Shown here piece by piece: positions 58,407 through 64,000 of a DNA stretch of 64,000 bases. Source of the stretch: a virus; IMG/VR virus record IMGVR_UViG_3300020421_003230, positions 1-64,000 of that record; one strand, written 5' to 3'. The position numbers and the translations under genes are program-made. The first letter of the stretch is position 1. Each line of letters starts with the position of its first letter. The notes beneath the pieces are model-generated. The model was given only the letters and a program-made list of their open reading frames with translations, had not been told where the DNA came from and did not search any database.

Positions 58407-58504
58407 ATTATACTCACTTTATACACACTCTATACATATAAATAAGTATTAAAATATAAAATTTTAATATTTATAGTAGACACCAAATATCGGAAACATC
58501 TTAA

Positions 58505-61500
58505 ATGGCAATATTAAAACGAATCAACAAATATCAAGGATTGAAGGACATTGATGTTTTAGTAGATGAGAAAGGATTAAGTTCTCAGTACTTTAATATC
58601 ACACAAGTTCCTACATCTTTCCCACAAGGAAGGTCTACCTTTATAATCGGTGGTTCGCCTTTCTTAAAAAATAATGTAGAACTTAAAATAGAGATATTAG
58701 ATTCTAAGGGTAAGACTGTTTATACAGAACCTATTACAAATTATCTTGAAGGTGATGGTAGAAGAGTAAGTGTAGAAATATATAACGATACATCACCTGG
58801 TGATTGTTTCTTATATGTTGTAGGTGAATTAAAAGATAATTACAAAAGTGTTTCTGCTCTTAATGAAAGTGTAGAAGATATTACCGACCAAATGCCTGAG
58901 ATGGAATTTGATGCATTTGATGGAAGTACTCAAGATGTACCATCAGAGTTTCAAGGTGTTTATAATGTACGATATTCAAGACCTATTAGTATCAGTACAA
59001 CAATTCCAAATAGTGAACCGATATTATTTTATAACCAACCAAGAGTTACAGTATCTGAAATATTAAAAGGATATGTAGTAGAGGTTCCTGTATCATCATC
59101 AGTACAGATAACAGGAAGTGCAGAATTTAAACCACAACCAAATTTACAACCTTTACCACCTGTACCTGAACCAGACCCAAATGGGTTTCCAATTATTGAT
59201 ACAAGTACAAGAGAAGATGTTGGTAAATCATTAGAAATATTTAAGAATCGCAGAAGTTCTAAAATAGAACCATTAAGATTCAGTAACTTTAAATCTCGTG
59301 GAAGAATCATGAGAAGAAGTTCACCTGAGATAGATAGAAATGAAATTATAATAGATTCATTAGAAACAGGTGAGGGAGTTGATGCAGATAAAGCTTCAAG
59401 TCAATTTGTTGGTGGTAATATTACAATTAATAATCCAAAAGTTGATTTTAGTAAACTACCTGGTGATGAGAGTAGATATACGATACCTGATAAATACGAA
59501 TCACAAATATCTAAAGTAAAGAATGAAAAAACAATTGTTCCTTTAGATGATTTTTTAATTACAGATAATGAAACAGGTGAAAGAATACCAATTGATATCA
59601 AACCTAATACAGAGGTTACGATGTCTTATGTTCCTACACCAGACCCTTCAATAAGTACAACACACTTCAGAGCATTCGCAGATATAACTCTTGGTAACTT
59701 AACCACATTTAGTGGTGATGTTTATAAGGCTAAGATTTCTGCTAGAAGTAGAGGAACACTTGGTGATTTTGAAACATTATATGATTCAACAATTGAAGCA
59801 CCAACTGTTTTAATAGATACATTCAGTCCAACAGGATTTAAAAATGTAGGTTACTTTTATACGGGTTCAATCATATCTGATTATTGGGATGTTTCAAATG
59901 GAACGGCAACTATAGATAATAGTAAGATGATTGATTCGGTATTGATTAGTGGTTCGAATCAAGGATTTACACCAGGTGTTGGTGATAGTACAAGTGGGCC
60001 AGTAACGAGTGATAGAAATGCAGTTATATTTGCTACATCACAAAGTTACGATTTAGAAAAGAATGTACCATATACGGTTTCATTCGATGCCTATTATTAC
60101 ACAGGCCCAAAACAAATGTCCCAAGATGGTGGAGTACAACAACATGCTGAGTTAGAAGTTATTGTAAGTGGTTCTGCAAGATTAGGAAATACAAATGAAG
60201 ATTATTCATTAGGTAAGGTAGAAGTTCCAACCAATACCACAGAGGGTGAAATAAAAGGAATACACAATACCTTTGTATCATCCACAACAGGAGACCCTAA
60301 ACTACGATTAAAATTTAAAGCAACTGCTGGTCAATGGATTATACATGATGTAGAAATAAAACCTTATAGTGAAACAAACTTTAATCCTGATTACTTCAGA
60401 ACGATTCTACCGATGCCACATCCAATGCCTAAGAAACCTGATAGTTATGATTTCTTAGTAGAGTTCTTTGATGTAAATAATAATATTGCTGAAACCATTG
60501 TAGTTAAAGAAGAAGTACCTTTTGCTGGTGCTCCTATAAACATTGATGGTGATGGTAACTTACTTAGTGGTTCTATGTATCTTGGTAATACTGAGGGTAG
60601 TGGTATTGAGATGCATGGTGGTTCTGCTTATCTAAGAAGTATTGGATATGATGGGTTTGATAACACTATAGCAAGTGGTAGTGGTGGATTTTTAATATTT
60701 AGTGGTTCTGTTGGGGATAGATTAAATTCTTCTGAAGATTATCAAGGTGTTGGTTTAGAAATAGTTGATGCTCATGGGGCAACAAATAGATTTATGAAAT
60801 TTAGAACAGACCCGAGTACATTCCAAGTACAAACGGATGAGTTCTTTTTAGGTAGTACATCACAATTTGTTAGTGGTAGTAATGGTAACATAGAAATTAG
60901 TTCAAGTAATTTCCACTTATCACCTGATGGTGATGTTACTATGGCAGGTACGATTAGTGCAACTGCTGGTAACATTGGAGATTTCCAAATTGTAAATGGA
61001 CAGATTAGTGGTAGTAACATTACTATGAATGCTACTCGTTCACAAATATTTAAAACAGACCAGGGTCCTGGTTCAGATACTTCAGCAGTTTTTGAAAACT
61101 TAAGAGATGAGTATTATATAGATTTTACACCAAGTGAAAGTATAGATAAAGTAAATAATTATCGACCTGGTTATTACATCAAGATGGGGCCAAACTTCAT
61201 GGTGGATAAAGATGGTATCTTGATTGCAAGTGGTGCAACATTCGAGGGTAGTATTACAGCATCTGCTGGTTTAATTGGTGGGTTCACAACGGATTCACAT
61301 TCGTTTAGTAGTAATAATATTTTTATTAGTGGTTCACCTGAAGTTGGTGGTATTGATGATTCTAAATATATGTTTATCAGTACATCAAAGTTTAATGTTA
61401 AACAAGATGGTAGTGTAACAGGTAGTGAATTTTTATTAGAGGGTGGTACAATTACTGATAATGTTACGATACTTGGTTCAGTATCTGCTAACTCTATTTT

Positions 61501-64000
61501 AACACCTGCTATAATTAATGGTAATCCATCAACAGAAGCAAATGCTTCATCATCTATATCATCAGAGGGATTTGCTAAGTTTGTTTCTGCTTCTATTGCT
61601 GGGTTTACTGTAAACACCGAAGAAATAAAATCATCGGATGAAAGCTTACGATTAAAATCAACAGGACAAATCACAGGTTCGAATGTATTATTTACTGGTG
61701 GTAAAATTGCAGCTTGGAGTATAAGTGGTAATAATATATCAAGTGATGGTGGTGGAATCAGATTAAATGGTAATGGAAATAGTGCAGAGATATCTGTAAA
61801 CTCTCATACTTTTGGAAATGAAGGAATACAATTTGGTTTCAATAGTGGAGCTCCAAGATTTTATGCTGGTGATGGTTCAAATAATTTTTTAAGATACGAT
61901 ACGAGTAATGGTGTAAATATTAAAACAATTAAATTTGAATTAGATACACCTACACTTGAGATATCATCTGCAGAAGCTTCTATGTCTTTGGGTTCAGGTC
62001 AAGAAGTTGTTATAAGAGGAAATAGTAATAGTCCATTTATAGCTATTCAACCAAGTGTAGCTCTTGTAGATAAAGCTTATGGTGAAATAGGAATAATGCT
62101 TGCAGTTGCGGCAGGTACAACACCATTGTTTTCAGTTGTAGGTACTGGTGGACATATAAAATTTAATGGAACTGGAATAGATTTAGCTTCCGATACTTTT
62201 GATTTAGATGCTGGAACTATCATTATGGCGAGTGCAACAAACAATGGTAAGATTGCACTTGGAGCAACACCACCTACGGCATACAATAGTGGTGATGGTG
62301 TTTACATGGATGGTACTGGTAAACTATTAATTGGTAGTGGGAGTGGAGACCATATTCAATTTGATGGTACTAATTTTGATGTTCAAGTTGGTTCATTAGA
62401 ATTAGATGCAAATAATATTGAAATCAGTTCTGCAAATGCTAGTATGTCATTGGGTGAGGGTAATATCTTACTTGATGGTTCTAATAATAAAATTAAAGTT
62501 GGTGCACACTCAAGTAATAATGTTGAGATAGTTGGTTCATCAACACAAGGATATATTGCTACAGGTAAAACATCTGCCACATCAACCACTGCTGGTTTTT
62601 GGTTGGCTAATAATAATTCAGACCCTGAGTTTCATGTTGGTGATGCTTCTAACTTTGTAAAATTTGATGGAGGTAATTTTAACCTTGCATCTGAGAACTT
62701 AGAAATATCATCATCTACAATTCAAATCTCTACTGCAGAATCAAGTATGAGTTTTGGTCATGATAATACTGCTAGTGATGGTAAGATTATAATAGAGGGT
62801 AAAGGTACACCATCATTTAGAGTTGGGCCTGATGCTGGAAACTTATCACTAACAGCAGGTAGTGGAGTATTCATAGATGGGGATGGTAACTTTAAGTTTG
62901 GTGATAGTGATGGTAATGTAACATTTGATGGTGGTTCATTTAGTATTACAGGTTCAGATGTTGCAATTAATGTTACAGATATTAATATTAGTTCAAGTGG
63001 ATTTGAAGTATCATCTACTGAAGCTTCTATGTCATTGGGTACTAATAAACAATGGTTGGCAAGTGGTAACGGAGTTAATCCATTTTTAAGTATAGGACAA
63101 ACCACAGCCGCCTATGATAATACAGGAATATTTCTTGGATATGTAAACTCAGTATCAAGACCTAAGTTCTCACTTGTGGGAAGTTCAGGACACTTAAAGT
63201 TTGATGATGGTATTGATATTGCCACAACAACATTCGAACTTGATACACCTGGTTTAGAAATATCTAACACACAACAAAGTATGAGTATTGGGCCTTCCAA
63301 TACAAATCCAATCACACTACAAAGTAATGGTGCTGATAGGTCTATAAGGTTTGGAAGTAAAACAGATTTTGACCAAACCACTACTGCTGGTTTCATTATG
63401 GGTATCGATAATGGAAATGCTAAGTTTGATTTTACAATAGGTTCAGGTAACAACAATTATATAAGAATGAGTTCAGGTGGAGTTGATATTAAAACACCTA
63501 ACTTCCTTTTAGATACCACTAACTTAGATATAAACTCAGCAACAAGTAGAATCTCAGTATCCGATGGAAGTAACGAAAGAGTACGAATTGGTGAGATAAG
63601 TGATTCGGCTTCTGATTTGTTTGGAATGAAAATTTATGATGGTAGTGGAACTGCCGATAGTAATACACTTGTAAAACTTGGAGAAGAAGGAAACGAAATA
63701 GCTGGTTGGACAATCACCAATGATAGATTGAGTGGTGGTAAGATGATTATCCGACAAGATGGTACAATTGAATCAGATGGGTTTGCAAGTAATGTTGCTG
63801 GTAGTGGATTTAGATTAACCGCTGACCAAGGTGGTTTCTTAGAAGTAGAAAATGCAAGAATTCGTGGTACGATGTCTACTACCGTATTTGAGAAAGAAAG
63901 TGTAAATGCAGTTGGTGGACAATTGTATGTTGCTAACTCAACAACATTAGCAACAGGTAGTATTGTAACGGCAGCTCAAACTACTATGTCGGTAGAGAAT
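58505..64000 (+). CDS. Very large tail/tail-fibre protein (>1830 aa, runs off the window)
   Basis: Absent from the track because no stop lies in the window. Begins MAILKRINKYQGL; Gly/Ser-rich beta repeats (AGNIGDF, AGLIGGF, GKIAAW); GFASNVAGSGF...LEVENARIRG...VNAVGG near the end. Confidence 0.85.
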   Translation, partial: MAILKRINKYQGLKDIDVLVDEKGLSSQYFNITQVPTSFPQGRSTFIIGGSPFLKNNVELKIEILDSKGKTVYTEPITNYLEGDGRRVSVEIYNDTSPGDCFLYVVGELKDNYKSVSALNESVEDITDQMPEMEFDAFDGSTQDVPSEFQGVYNVRYSRPISISTTIPNSEPILFYNQPRVTVSEILKGYVVEVPVSSSVQITGSAEFKPQPNLQPLPPVPEPDPNGFPIIDTSTREDVGKSLEIFKNRRSSKIEPLRFSNFKSRGRIMRRSSPEIDRNEIIIDSLETGEGVDADKASSQFVGGNITINNPKVDFSKLPGDESRYTIPDKYESQISKVKNEKTIVPLDDFLITDNETGERIPIDIKPNTEVTMSYVPTPDPSISTTHFRAFADITLGNLTTFSGDVYKAKISARSRGTLGDFETLYDSTIEAPTVLIDTFSPTGFKNVGYFYTGSIISDYWDVSNGTATIDNSKMIDSVLISGSNQGFTPGVGDSTSGPVTSDRNAVIFATSQSYDLEKNVPYTVSFDAYYYTGPKQMSQDGGVQQHAELEVIVSGSARLGNTNEDYSLGKVEVPTNTTEGEIKGIHNTFVSSTTGDPKLRLKFKATAGQWIIHDVEIKPYSETNFNPDYFRTILPMPHPMPKKPDSYDFLVEFFDVNNNIAETIVVKEEVPFAGAPINIDGDGNLLSGSMYLGNTEGSGIEMHGGSAYLRSIGYDGFDNTIASGSGGFLIFSGSVGDRLNSSEDYQGVGLEIVDAHGATNRFMKFRTDPSTFQVQTDEFFLGSTSQFVSGSNGNIEISSSNFHLSPDGDVTMAGTISATAGNIGDFQIVNGQISGSNITMNATRSQIFKTDQGPGSDTSAVFENLRDEYYIDFTPSESIDKVNNYRPGYYIKMGPNFMVDKDGILIASGATFEGSITASAGLIGGFTTDSHSFSSNNIFISGSPEVGGIDDSKYMFISTSKFNVKQDGSVTGSEFLLEGGTITDNVTILGSVSANSILTPAIINGNPSTEANASSSISSEGFAKFVSASIAGFTVNTEEIKSSDESLRLKSTGQITGSNVLFTGGKIAAWSISGNNISSDGGGIRLNGNGNSAEISVNSHTFGNEGIQFGFNSGAPRFYAGDGSNNFLRYDTSNGVNIKTIKFELDTPTLEISSAEASMSLGSGQEVVIRGNSNSPFIAIQPSVALVDKAYGEIGIMLAVAAGTTPLFSVVGTGGHIKFNGTGIDLASDTFDLDAGTIIMASATNNGKIALGATPPTAYNSGDGVYMDGTGKLLIGSGSGDHIQFDGTNFDVQVGSLELDANNIEISSANASMSLGEGNILLDGSNNKIKVGAHSSNNVEIVGSSTQGYIATGKTSATSTTAGFWLANNNSDPEFHVGDASNFVKFDGGNFNLASENLEISSSTIQISTAESSMSFGHDNTASDGKIIIEGKGTPSFRVGPDAGNLSLTAGSGVFIDGDGNFKFGDSDGNVTFDGGSFSITGSDVAINVTDINISSSGFEVSSTEASMSLGTNKQWLASGNGVNPFLSIGQTTAAYDNTGIFLGYVNSVSRPKFSLVGSSGHLKFDDGIDIATTTFELDTPGLEISNTQQSMSIGPSNTNPITLQSNGADRSIRFGSKTDFDQTTTAGFIMGIDNGNAKFDFTIGSGNNNYIRMSSGGVDIKTPNFLLDTTNLDINSATSRISVSDGSNERVRIGEISDSASDLFGMKIYDGSGTADSNTLVKLGEEGNEIAGWTITNDRLSGGKMIIRQDGTIESDGFASNVAGSGFRLTADQGGFLEVENARIRGTMSTTVFEKESVNAVGGQLYVANSTTLATGSIVTAAQTTMSVEN

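Noticed and set aside
59029-63757. Numerous minus-strand ORFs in the track
   Set aside because: They are antisense shadows of the uninterrupted + strand tail ORF starting at 58505.
1-64000. Stop-codon reassignment
   Set aside because: Long genes are intact in the standard code, and TAA, TAG and TGA all end genes at sensible positions.

Overview
AT-rich, gene-dense window read almost entirely on the + strand in the standard code. It looks like part of a large myovirus (contractile-tail phage) genome: gp25- and gp6-like baseplate genes, a gp55-like late sigma factor, primase, a fused SbcD-SbcC (gp47/gp46), a resolvase and a very large tail protein running off the right edge. Hc1 and DUF4494-like proteins, PorV, a T9SS C-terminal domain and Gln at +1 after signal peptides suggest an FCB-group host (Bacteroidota or relatives; inference). 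The left part (1-28 kb) holds accessory genes. These are a SAM-supply cluster (apt, metK, mtnN), a vWA/MoxR pair, chaperones, phoH, def, uvsE, tRNA-Cys, a tmRNA with an atypical tag, an unassigned ~290-nt structured RNA and a putative DNA-modification cluster. The region 29-43 kb is structural and includes a Vint-type Hint domain inserted in a 1602-aa protein. The most striking region is 43.5-51 kb: a phage-borne envelope/secretion operon with a cohesin/dockerin T9SS cargo, a PorV homologue, CsgG-like proteins, a beta-barrel and a 12-aa Cys-rich micro-ORF. All family calls come from recognising motifs by eye; no database search was run.
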